A stretch of 64,000 nt of DNA from Bigelowiella natans CCMP2755. Its lineage: Eukaryota > Protista > Cercozoa. Shown in pieces: positions 10,677 to 23,452 of the stretch; position 1 is the stretch's first letter; each line of letters begins with the position of its first letter. The notes under the pieces are model-generated. The model was not told the DNA's origin, did no database searches, and was given only the letters and a program-made list of their open reading frames with translations. The DNA lies in the NCBI GenBank assembly GCA_000320545.1, contig ADNK01000156.1, positions 1-64,000 of the forward strand, written 5' to 3'. A program made the translations under genes and the position numbers.

Positions 10677-11776
10677 TGAGACGGATGTAATGCGTAATTA
10701 AATCCTTTCAATGGTCGTCCTAATGTATCCGAAAGCATCCATGCTGTCTAGCTGTGTCGTCGATATCGCGCAGCTGCCAATCGTGTTTGCACATATGTAA
10801 CTGCCTACGATCAGCTCTGCTGCTCATGTATGCATATTTCATCTAGACATGCTAAGACGGGTGTAAGATTTGATTAAATCTTATTAATGGTCATACATCC
10901 TAGTCTAGATGTGCAATGCAGCGGCTGCAGCGCTTATGTATATTTTATTGTCTAGCTGTTTTGTTTCGATTGTCACATTTACTAGACATGTCGCATCGCA
11001 TGTGTGTGAAAACATCTTCTCTGTTACGCGCACTTCGTCTAGATATGACGCGGCGTGCATAATTACATATGCCTTATACGTGGCACTGTATTTGCAGTAA
11101 AAATCTCACATAATAACAACAGGACACGCTGTGATCAAGTGATACTGCTAGCTAATTAGGTAAATCAGGTACTACGCATCTACATGATCGAGCGCTAAAT
11201 AATGCATGAAACACATTACATGTCAATGGACAAACATACGTGCACAGCATCATACAAGCGCTGTGCGGCCCGCTAAATTGCACGGCTACAATTAGGATGA
11301 TGCAACCATTGAAATGTAGAGAAAAGATTTACGATGTATGATCAATGCAATACATCCGTCTCTGCATACGATGTAGATACATTAGGATGACCATTGAAAA
11401 AATTTGAACATTTCATCACATCCGTCTCACATCCGTCTCATATCATCATGATGACAATGAAAATATACAATTATTTCATTGCATCCGATCCGTTATACTG
11501 CTCATGCCTGCCGCATGAGATAACATGCATGATCGGAGGCAACTAAGCAGACATAGCTTAATCGCTGTAACCACAGCTTTGCACAGCTACATTATATTAG
11601 GATGACAATAATTGAAAAAGTGTAAGTATTTCATAACACCCGTATCATGCCTGCCGCATGCATGGCACAACATAAGTTCTGTATATATGTAGCCGCTGCC
11701 TTGCATAGCTACACTAGGATGACCTTTGAAAAGATCTAACCATTTCATTATATACATCCGTCTCATACCTGCCGCG
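10677..11776. repeat. cluster of 7 degenerate ~60-bp dyad elements (2 reverse, 5 forward) between convergent genes
   Basis: Reverse copies at 10677-10729 and 10853-10903. Forward copies at 11292-11362, 11376-11440, 11448-11517, 11596-11660 and 11714-11776. Consensus TAGGATGACCATTGAAA-N11-TTTCA..CATCCGTCTCA. Related copies at 7978-8004 and 29377-29422. Confidence 0.85.
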
Positions 11777-11937
11777 CACATTGCTACACAAGAATTGCAA
11801 GCAACAAGCGCGTAAATAACTGTCGTATTACAGCTTACACAGTTTGCACTATTTACCAAAATTTTGAAATTCGCTTGATTCTTCAAAAAAGCTCAATGTT
11901 CACAAATTAAATGGATGCTTCATAAAATTCAAGCTCA

Positions 11938-13190
11938 TCATGCCATATTGCCCACACCGTTTGCAATGCACACATCCCTCGTCGTCCGCAGATATTTCAT
12001 TGTATTGCTGCTATGAGAGACGATCGCCTGTGCTAAGATCCTTGGCTTCTGTTCATGCAACTCCGCAGGAAATCCCAAGCTGGCAGCTTGTCCTTGGATC
12101 ACTGACACCATCTGTGCCCTTAATGCGGTGTTATCTCGTCCACCTGGGGGTGTATGGATCATGATGACTCTCATCGAAGCATTGTGTACCGTGGTACTGA
12201 AACTTAGTAGGGCCTTGCCATCAATCTGTTGGGGCAACGTATTCGCTTTGCCTCTCCAGTAGTTATCGTCGGAGCAACGCCATCCCATGTGAAATAAATA
12301 TATACCGATGTCAGTCCGCGTCCAGGTTTCAATTGGTTTCTGTGCGAACGCTACAAGCTCTGCGGGGAGAGAATTCTTAGCTGCAGCTAACTGTTGGAGC
12401 ATGGCGACGCACATAGCGGCCAGTCCCCCCCCTTCGCGCTGTAATTTGAAATAGAGTGCTCCTTCCTTGGCTTCACCTTCAAACTGGGCCTTCATTCGCG
12501 CAGGATCCACCGCGGCTATCAACGCGATATGGCGCCACAGTTTCCCATGGTTTACTGGCCGCTGCAATTCCTGTGTACGTAAGCGTATATCATGAGCATT
12601 TACGTTGGAGACGGAAAAATCTTCACCGAAATGCAGCATTGATTTTCATTAGTTACCGTGCAAAAGTCGTGCCATGCCCACGGGATGAGACTATTATCAG
12701 CTAAACAGCCCTTTGAAGTTTTTGCCATCAACTCTCTGGCAGCGTTTGCCGCATTCTCTGCCGCCGTGTAGAAATCATTGACTGTCTTGTAGTCAGGCAT
12801 CCTTTGTAGTGGAGTATTATTCATGTAAGCTAAAAGGCCTATAATTATCCTCTTCTATGTATTTAACTCCATAACTCTCTCATTTCTTCCCGAATCGATC
12901 TTTTCCATCCTTCATTGGTTTGAAGATAGAAAATAGGCGAAGTGGGGGAGCAAGAATAGAAGCTAACTTACAAACGAACGGCATCAACATTGGCATGTAC
13001 CGTATTCCAAGTTTTGCGTCTCCATAGTGTACAACCTGAACCAGTAGAGGGTGAGAGAGGTCAGCCAATCATGTGTTTTATGTCAAGATTAAGCCGGCAC
13101 CTGTTGCTGGTTGAAGGCAGCGGGCAGGGCTTGCTGGAACTGCCACGCGAAGCCCGAGCTGGCAGACTGAGGCTGCTGAACCGCTCCCAT
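11938..13190 (-). CDS. hypothetical protein with SAM (sterile alpha motif)-like domain; exons 13190-13101, 13035-12972, 12829-12657, 12570-11938 (319 aa)
   Basis: Four exons join in phase through GT-AG introns. IETWTRTDIGIYL...QQIDGKALLSF fits the SAM consensus W(t)xxDVxxWL...IDGxxLL. Confidence 0.7.
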
Positions 13191-13464
13191 TGCTGTGTTT
13201 GTTTCTACTGGTTGGTTGGTGGCGGGGGGGTGGTGCCCGAAGGTTTGTCAGGGGTGGGTTCACTCGATTTTGTCAGGGGGTTGCAGTTTTTTTTTTGGTC
13301 CGATTTAGCACCCGGTTGGTGTGGAAGATGCCGGGGGTTTCATGTCGCGCACCAAAAATTACATGCGATTTATTTAATATACGCCTCTACCGCCGGGATT
13401 CCAAGATAGAATTCCTGAATTGCCATCCACAGTTAACCTAGATCTGGCTAAAATTGTACTCCGG

Positions 13465-15291
13465 ATGGCACCAGCGTCTCTCCGAGCAGTTGCTCCTGCT
13501 AAGGCCGCCTCCACGGTGTTGTGGAGTGTCTTGCTATTGGCGCAGTGGGAGAGTACACTCTGCGCAGCCGATCATGCTGTTTCTTCATCTACTTTGCGAA
13601 GTATCGAGGATGCGACGAGGAGGATACCGCTTGATCTAGAGCGGTTATCTGTGCGCCTCAGAGAAGAAGATTGCGTTTCCAACCCTCTTCAAGCCATAGA
13701 AGATTACAAGGTCAACACTTATTGGTCTTAGCTGAAAGGGTCATTACGAACTGCCCTAGCACAATCATTTGTTTCTTCATCATCGTCAATTCCGTCCACA
13801 TCCACCACCCTAACACACGTTTATTTCCCCGGTTAATACTCAGACTTGGATCATGAAAATCTCTGAACAAAGTAGATAAGCCTCTCCCGTCGAAATATCT
13901 ACTCCTTACATGTTGCACGTCCACACAGCAATCACACATATACCTGCTCGCTCATCATGCTCACAAGCGTCGTTTCTGCCACCACCAACAACATTGCCTT
14001 GATTTCAGACAACACCACGCCGATGTCCGGGGAAGAATGTAACAACTGCGGCTCTGATGTGACGACAGGGCTTACCATTGACCTCATGGCGGCACGTGAG
14101 AATTGCAGCGAACACCAACAGTGCCTCCTCGTGGCACCACATCCTCATGATCATCCGCAACAGTATCGTGTTCCTTCTCGTGAGGTTGATCTAGTCTGGA
14201 AACGGCACATAATCGAGACACGCGCCTACATCCGCGACTGTGAGGCTCTTTTCGGCCCAAATCGGTACCTCCATCGGTCAACCATGGTGACAACTCCTGG
14301 CAAAGTAAGACGTGTGTCTCTCCTTTGCGTAGTACTAGCGAGAATACTGTTTCTTCCCTCAATCCAAGGACGAATATCCCATCCTTTTTCTTTCCTCCTT
14401 CTTCAATCTTCTACGATCATAATCCTGAAATATTGTTCGCTACGTCTCTGTTCAACCTTATGTCTGAAAAGGCTGCGGGCGATTTGGCAGTGGCAACTCT
14501 TGGAAGCTTAGTTTCTCTCACCGTTGAGGAAGAGGAGAGTAAGCAGTGTTTTTCTTGTAGTGATTCGATGGAATAACATCGTTTACATTATTCAGATATA
14601 TTTCGCCGTAAATATCAGATATGTTATCAATTATATATACGTGTATTTATATTATATATATATATATATATATATATTTCTTATACTATCCTCGTGTTCC
14701 CGTTTTCCCCTCCTCTTCTTATAGTAGAAGAGAATAGAAGCACATTCATCTCATGGAGTTCTGAGGACGAGAGGCAGTTAAAATTGATACTTCATTCTGC
14801 CAATAATGATGCGGAAGGTGATCATTGGCGTGTTTATTACCGTTGCCACTGCTTTTCCTTGGGAGGGGGGGTTGCTGTCTTTGGATGTGCGTGCGTGCGT
14901 GCGTGCGTGCGTGTGTGTGTGTCTGTCAACACCCGAATCTAGTACATAAAATTAACGTGTGTGCCTCTCTCTGTATGCGCGTGCGTGCGTGTGTATGTTT
15001 TGTGTGAATTATGAAAGAATTGGCAGCGTGTATCCGTGCGGGAGGATCTTCTGCCCTCCTGCAGCCTCCTCCTTTGGACGACGACATGGCTCTGCTGGAG
15101 TGGGAGGCCATGGCGATTATCCCAGAAGAAGCAGAAAAGGAATATCTGAATCTACACCACGTCATGAATAAGGGACTGGGCGTTGCATCTCCGTACGTCG
15201 ACTTGCTATGGCATCGGCACATGGTGGGAATCATGCATCTTTTTTGTCGGAACTTTTTGTTTTTGTTCGTGTGCTAATATATGAATATGAT

Positions 15292-15356
<65 letters not shown>

Positions 15357-15377
15357 ACAATTATGTTACATTTGCAT

Positions 15378-15415
<38 letters not shown>

Positions 15416-17362
15416 TCACCATATGCATATTATTATTATCTCGCCTTTATGAAGGTGGACACGGTAGCTTACGATCGCTTCTGTGGGCGGCACTTCGGGC
15501 GCTACGTGCATCATGATGTGGGGTATGAAGATGAATGGCGTGTGGACTTCCCCACCATGGAGGTTGTCGGAGCAGAAGGAATGGAAGATGATAACGTTTT
15601 TTCCCTTCTTAATCCAATGCCTACTCAAGAAGATTTCGATGACACTCTTGGCCTCTACGAGAAGGTGCAGCTGTCACTGATGAGAGGGAGGAAGGGAGAG
15701 GGCGAGGAAGCAATGTGCGCTCGGAATCTCGGCTTTTGAATGCAGCATGATGATGAAGCAAAACGATGCAAGCAAGTGATGATGATGGTGGTTGGTTACA
15801 AATGGGATTTCTCGCAGGTATTGGGGTCTCCCCCCCCCCTCGATATCTGGTCCAGATCGGCCACGTCTTCGGGGCACGGGCACAGTCCCCACGGCCACAA
15901 TCCCCACGGCCACTACCCGCACATCTACACCCCCATCCCACCCACTGACAACCCGGACCCTAAGGTCGTAACAACACCACCCTAGTATGGTATACAGTAG
16001 AGGAACAAGAAGAAGAAGAAGAAGAAGGAGAGCACTGATGGTGACGACGACGATGCGACACAGCACATCATGATTGATGTGGTTATAGTTGGAGGTCCCG
16101 TCTGAGAATGTGTGCTGTTTGTTCGTCGCTGATGCAGGCAGTGATTACTGCAAATGGCGGGTGCACTGGGTGCTGCTGCAATTGCAAAGGCTTCGAATGC
16201 GCTGTTCCCGGTCCTGCCGTTGCTGGTCAGTACAGTAGAGGAGAGGAAGAGGAGTACGAGCATGTGAGGGTGGATGGGTAGGTAGGTAGGTAGGAAGGGG
16301 TTACACTACGCTATTAGGTTATTTGCTCATCAATATGTCCTTCATTTCCTTTATTTTCTTCTTCTTCTTCTTCTTCTTCTTCTTCTTCTTCTTCTTCCTC
16401 ATCATCATTGTGAGAAAGGCCACGCACAGATATAGTATCGATAATTGTAGTTGAGGCCATGGTTGTTGCTGTGTGCCGTGAAGGAATGAAATGAGGAGCT
16501 GCTGCCTGGTTCTTGTACTTAATGCCTACTATCTATGAAAAGGCTTCGGACTTGCGACTTTTGCGTGGATATGGTCTCTCTTTCTCGGGATTGAATGGGA
16601 AACTATCTCGGTATCTCAACGAAGAAGAAGAAGAAGAAGAAGACACACCAATTTACGCACGGGCGCGCCCGCGCGCGCGTGTGCGTGCTGTAATGCTTTT
16701 GAGTTCTACTAAATTCATTATCATAATTATTACTGCTAGGTGAGCTATTGTTCCAGCACCTCCATTTACACGAGTAGTACTGACACGACGATAAAAATGG
16801 CACCGGGGTAGAGCAGCAGCACCAGCGCCAGACACGCGATCATGATTGTGTTTTGATTGAATGACAAACCGTGATTGATGATGAGGGTGATGACGAGGGG
16901 CAGAAATCAACAACACACATCATACTGTACAAGGCCACCACGTTATTCTTGTTCGATTTAGTTGGATTCGAAGAAATAACAATGCTCGGCAATGTTTTTT
17001 CTTCTCAATCTCCATTTACTTTGTTGTTGTATTTCAGTGCTATTCTTGCTACCGCTGGTGATGTGATTTTGATAATCACCAATGCTCTTATGATGATGAT
17101 GATGATGATGATGATGATGGGCTCTTTCTCCTTCTGCTACTATCATTTATCTATCTATCTATTTCTGCTTTATAATAATGATAATTTTGAAAAATTGAGA
17201 ATAATAATACTAATAGGGGAATCACGATTACAACCACGTGTGATGCACTCTCGGCACTTGAGGGGACCAGCAGCTGGGATGATTATTGCAAAGATAGTGA
17301 CTGCACAGGTGGTGTTGTTCACAAAGTGTACTACTAGGTAGCAGGATTAGTAGTAGTGGTTT

Positions 17363-17400
<38 letters not shown>

Positions 17401-18076
17401 CATGATGATATGGTCTGCTTAAGAATGACGCACTATTATCGTGTCGTTTTAGCTGATGATGACCTCCGGAACGCGTTCAATGCAGCATTGATCGGCGCTA
17501 TACTATTGCCGCTGCTCTTGACCAGTGCCTTACTCGTCTCTGGCTGTGTTGTCTGCCGTTGCTCCGGTGAGATATCAAGAGCGATAGAGAGATAGAAGTG
17601 CCGACGGGGCATTATGCTAATGATAAGAGGGGAGGGGACATGGCATGACGATCGATCTTTCTCCAAGTTGTAGACTTCTATGTGTGAGCTAGGGAGTGTG
17701 GTTGAGAAGACTGAGAGGAAGTAAAAGAGGAGGAGGAGGAGGAAACATAATGTCTAGGCAATTCCTCGAAACGCACAGGGAGAGTATATATCGATGAGTC
17801 TCACTATCAACAACCCTCCTAACTAGCTAATGAACACCTCTCTCTCTTCGTTCACAGGAAATCCTTTCTGTGGGCGTAAGTGGGCGTTTCCCAAGTGCTT
17901 TCTCTGGACAGGGACCATCATAAGTACCGTCGCCGTCATCATTATCGTCGATGCTGTTTGTAGAATCTTTAAAAAAAAACATTATTATTTTATAAGAGAA
18001 CGTAGTCACAACTGTCAGAATGTTGTCACGTAAACCACACGCACAAACTAACAAACAAGCAAAGCTGTACTAAATA

Positions 18077-18109
<33 letters not shown>

Positions 18110-18386
18110 CTGTGTGTGCGTGAGTGTGTGTGTGGGGGGGGGGGTGTCTATTGAATTATAACACAAACTTTTGAATCGGAAAATAGGTGGCGTGGCGTTG
18201 GTGCTGGCGATTATAGTACTAGCATCTTTCGATCAGAGGCCTGGCGCTCAGGATATTTGTTCTGATATTGCAATATGGGCGATAACCAAAAGTGGTTCAG
18301 GTGTAGTAGTAGTAGTACTATGTTGCAATATCTAGATGGTGATGATGATGCTTTTCATAAAACACATACACACGCGCGCGCGCGCA

Positions 18387-18428
<42 letters not shown>

Positions 18429-20031
18429 TGTGTGCATAGGTGGGAACAATCTAGCCGTATCTTATTATATTGATATTGAGGGACCACATGATACGATATC
18501 AGCGCCATCTTATGACTCCGACTGCACTTCGGTTGTTGCATTTGGTAATAGCAGTAGTAGTAGTAGTAGTAGCAGTAGTAGTAGTAGTAATGGGTAGAAG
18601 CACCACACAGCCTTCTACGGATAACTGACACTACTTCATTTTCTTTCGATGTAAGTATATTATTATTTTCATCGTCGTCGTCGTCGTCATTGTTATCATT
18701 ACCGTGATCACCATGATCACCACCGAACAACTACTCACGCAAAGCCTACTGCGATTTTATCAGGATACATCGCCCCGATTCTCGCCGTCTGCTTTCTCGG
18801 TTATTGTTGCTGCTGCTGCTGCTGTTGTTGATGTTTGTTGTGGTCGATGTATACGGCTGCTAGTATGCGGAGAAGGAAGAAGAAGAGAAGAAAGGAAAAG
18901 ATGCATGATGGCTGCGTGGGTGGTGATAATGATTGCTCACGATGAGATGGCTACACGCTTCTCGCCACCACCGGCCACACCTTCAATGAAACCAGCAAAA
19001 TATCTTGAAATGCTACAATCCATGCACATCATCATTCAAATCGTCGCAGCCTCTTCCTCCTCTTCTTCCTCCCCCCCCCCCTCCTCCTTTCCTTCTCTAA
19101 GTGTATTGCCTGTGCTTCTTTAGTTTTGTCGGTTTGCTATTCAATCCGCGGCTCTCGTTCAGCAGAGTACACCGAAGTTAATGTGGATGAGGTACTATTA
19201 TTTCTTTTACTACTAGTACTACTACAATGATGATGATGATGATGATGATGATGACAATGATCGCAACAATAACAACAACTACTACTACTACTACCACTAC
19301 CACTGCTAATCTCTGCTAGGTAACCGCGGCCATTGCTGAGGTTAAGCAGCCTATTTTCGCTTCTGGAAGAGGAGGAGAAGCATCTTATGAAATGAAGGTA
19401 AGATGGCCTCGTTGAAAGGCATCAGTAGCTCACGCCGCTGCTGTCGTAGTCATCGCCGTTGTAGCACAATTCGAGATGATAGCAGCAGTATACCGAAGAA
19501 GAAGAAGAAGAAGAAGAGTTACGGCTAGCAATGGGGTGCCAGCTCTCTATCTCTCTCTATCGCTCAATGTTTCTGAAAAGAAATCTTGTTCTTCTTCTTC
19601 CTCCTACTCCTCCTCGTCCTCCCCCCATATCGGCATGCATCGCCACTTGACTGTCGCTCTGCTGCTGCTGCTGCTGCTGCTACTACTTTGTGTGATGAAT
19701 CCTCCTGTAACGTACACCACCCAGAACCCGGCCGCATCGACGCTACTGCCGCAAGCCAAGACCCCGGCCGTCGTCGCTCCGTCATCAACGGTGGCTGTGA
19801 AGTGCCCACATTGCGGGACAGATATTGCTGCTCCTGCCAACGCACCGGTGCGTAGTTATCCAGAATGCTGCTGCTGATGCCGCTGAAAATACTAATTGCT
19901 AGATTATGATGATGATGTGCACTTCACGACTGTCCATGTGCCAAAAAGGGGGGGGAGGGTGGAGAAGAGGAAGAAAAAGAAAGGATCTTCCCAGCATATA
20001 GCAATGCATCCGAATATGAACCTTATATGTG

Positions 20032-20097
<66 letters not shown>

Positions 20098-20372
20098 GTA
20101 TACACATGTGTGAGTCACGTAGTTCTGGCCAATCATAATCCATTCTGCCACCTTATTCTCTGCGCAGCATACTTACCTCTTCTCCATCATCAATTATTAC
20201 TAACAACAACAATAACAACACACCCCTGCAGATCGTACGTTGTGGCAACTGTAACAATATCGTGAACGTGGCCCAAGCACAGCAGGCTGCTGCGATTCCT
20301 GTCGCTCTCCCTACAGCACCAGCAGTTGAAGGAGTTGTTTCCTCCAAGGAGAACGTTGCCAACCCCGAATAA
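13465..20372 (+). CDS. multi-exon membrane protein: signal peptide, two DUF1399/GRDP-like repeats, His-rich linker, several TM helices, C-terminal LSD1-type Zn finger
   Basis: Repeat 1: AIEDYK...VPSREVDLVWKRHIIETRAYIRDCEALFG. Repeat 2: SPYVDLLWHRHM|VDTVAYDRFCGRHFGRYVHH, then DTLGLYEK..PPLDIWS. Hydrophobic exons near 17452, 18187 and 18763. Zn finger CPHCGTDIAAPANAP|IVRCGNC. Middle exons are uncertain. Confidence 0.65.
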
Positions 20373-21320
20373 CTGATAGTGGATGGGTGGTCGCGTAATA
20401 GCTCTCTCTCTCTCTCTCCCTCTCTCTCTCTCTGTTTGTGTGTGTGTGTGTGTGTGTGTGAATACGTAAATACGTATATACGCACCCCCACATCTCGACA
20501 TAGGAATACATAAAACAATGCCTAGCGACGTACGCTTTTTCACCACAATAATGCCACTGGCCTGCATGAACGGCATGCAGGATCGATCGATGACAACACA
20601 AGTGTGTCTCTTCATGCAGCACCGACTTAGCAGTGTTATCACTGCAGATCACCGCACCTGTAGTACGTACGTGGGCTAACACCCTGTCGCGCACGCTCCG
20701 CTAAATACTGTACAGCTGCCGAAGCAATTGCGGGAGAAGATCGCCGAGCATGCATCTTACATTACACGGCGCAATTCTTGCCTTGCCGCTGCCCTGCCTA
20801 GCTAGCTAGCTAGCTATGCTAGGCATCGATCTAGATGCTAACTTGACGAACGGCGGTCCGAGCCTAGCCTATATGTAGCTTGCAGAGGTATTAGCTAAAA
20901 TTGTTAATTCAATACGCATGTTGCGCTGTGCGTGTGCGATGCGAGGAATATAATGCGTGTGTCACCATATCAGCTCGAGGCTACGCGGTACTAAGCCATG
21001 TATGATGAACACAATATAAGGACGCAGCGTGTCACAAATTACAAATGACATAGCAGCGCTTGCTGAGAGTAGCAGCGGAGCGTGCATGCTATGCGCTCGA
21101 GCTAGTTACGTTTTGCCATGATGACAGCTCGCTAGCTCTATCAATGCCGCGGGTTGCAATTTGCTACGATACGATTGAATAAAAGATACATCGTATCGCT
21201 CCCCACGCTCGGCTGTGTGCAAATGAAACCAGTTGCTAGAAAGTCATGCCCCAGGCGTAGCGTCCAACATGCATCGCTACCTATTCTTTGTCCTTTGCAT
21301 TCTATTACAAGATAAAACTA

Positions 21321-22609
21321 TCAGCCATTACTTGTGTTTAGCCTATGCTGGAACGAAGCATCATCTTCTCTCCCGCCCACTTGCACTGCGGGGGCGGTAA
21401 CTGCGATCCGAGTGTCGCTTTCCATGTCGCAAAGCGGGGGTGGTGGCAGAATTTCTGGTGTATCTACGCCTTTTGACAGCAGCAGCCGGAGCATAGCAAG
21501 AACGAGATGAAGCTGCTGCATAGGGAAGAAAACAATAGAAGCATTTCTGTTCTTTGTGTGCAGTGCGTGCATACAAAAGTGAGTTGTGAGTGCATGTACA
21601 TGTGAGTGGTATTAATCGTACGTGATGCAATTGCATTTACGTAAAATACAGGAGCACAAACATTGGAGGCATGGACGCATGCAAATACCACCACCACCAT
21701 CGCTACCTGTGTTATCATCCTCCTCCTCCTCTTCGTCCTCGTCCTCTTCGTCGTCGTTCAGGGGTTCTAAGGGGAGCGGCGCATTAATTGTGAGGGAAGT
21801 GAGGCCTGATGCTGGAGAGAGAGCTGTGCCTATATCACCACTATGGTTCTTTTGTGAAATCAGCAACGACAACGGCGATTTTGAAGACGAGGACAGCATA
21901 GGCGGTAGGCTGAGCGGAGGGGGGAGAACTTTGATCATCATTGTAGGTGAGGCGGAGGAAGAAAAGGAGGCAGGATGACGACGTAGCTGCTGCTGCTTGT
22001 GGTGGTGGTGCTGATACTGATGCTTTTGGTGATGATGGGGAGAAGAAGAAGCTGCTTTGTTATTGCTACTATAGTTGCGAGCAGCCAACATTGTACGGTT
22101 CCATCGGTTCGCAAACAAACAGAAAATGTGGGATATCGACGACTGATGATTCATGTGTAAAGGGAGAGCGAAGAAGAAAGGGAAAAAGAAGACGAATATA
22201 AAAAATAATGAGCCCATCAGTCAATCAATCAATCAATCCACCTTTGCAACCTCCCTTCATCTTCTATCACACTCACTTAAGATATATTGTTTTCTTCCAC
22301 TTCACATTGAAGACGGATATCAAAATGATTGGCCCTAACGACAACGCACCCAGTTGGACACGAATTTTTCTGGATCCTCAGGCCTAAAAATAAGCACTTT
22401 CCGCGGATATAAACTGTGCAGAGCATCCAGGATACTACTTGCAACGCCACGCCCTCTATATACTGGAAGGACAAGTCGTCGTCGTCATATCATTATCGTC
22501 ACCGATTTTATTACGTATTACGAGGACATGGATGGATGTTGTAGAAGGGAAAAAGCTAACAATGATTTCACTGCTGGCAGACATCATGAGAGAAAACACC
22601 TCTTGCAAA

Positions 22610-22644
<35 letters not shown>

Positions 22645-23390
22645 GGATCGACGTAGAGCTTGGAGATTCGAATGCCGTACCCTTGACCAACGTCTCCACG
22701 TGCAGTGATAGGTGATAGCGAGGGAGACGAAACCGGCGACGACGATTGAGACGATGGGGACGATAGTTCCAACGATTCTCGGGCAAAGTGCATATACCTG
22801 CGTTATCATTCATCACACCGCGCATTACAGTCTACGTTAGGACTGGACTTGTTCTAGCAGATGAAATGCGGACAACAAGCCCATCAATCATCTTGCTATT
22901 AGTGCTATTGCATCGCTTTCCCCTGTTATTGTGATCATATGTGCGTGTGTGCGTGTGTGTGTGTGTGAGGATGTTTTGTCACCACCCGGCATTAGGGAGA
23001 AGCCTCCTCACGCCGCGCCGAAGGTACCTTTTAACAATGGTGGTGTGCTATTGTCAGGTAGGAAGCAAGCAGTGATATCAGCATCGCAGCAGCAACAATA
23101 GCCAACAATGTAGCAGCAGGAAAACCAACCAATGTTTTGGCATCATTCGATACTTACACGTGGACGTGAAACAGTAGGATGCTTCTCTCCTCGTTGTCGT
23201 CAAAGCTCCATTCTCTGAAGTAGTCTTCGAGTGAGATTAGATTCTTCATAATAATCATCATCATAATAATAATAGTAATAATAATAATAAGAAGAAGAAT
23301 CACCCACTACTGGCGTACGTACTGCTGCAACAATGAATGAGACGACGAGGGGAGAGATAAATCAGAGAATCCCTACTGCTTAAACGTTCT

Positions 23391-23452
<62 letters not shown>

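Noticed and set aside
11292-11776. CRISPR array, SECIS or C/D snoRNA cluster interpretation of the dyad repeats
   Set aside because: The repeats are too degenerate and irregularly spaced, no cas genes are present and the context is eukaryotic. The AUGA-to-AA spacing does not fit SECIS, and there is no terminal CTGA box D.
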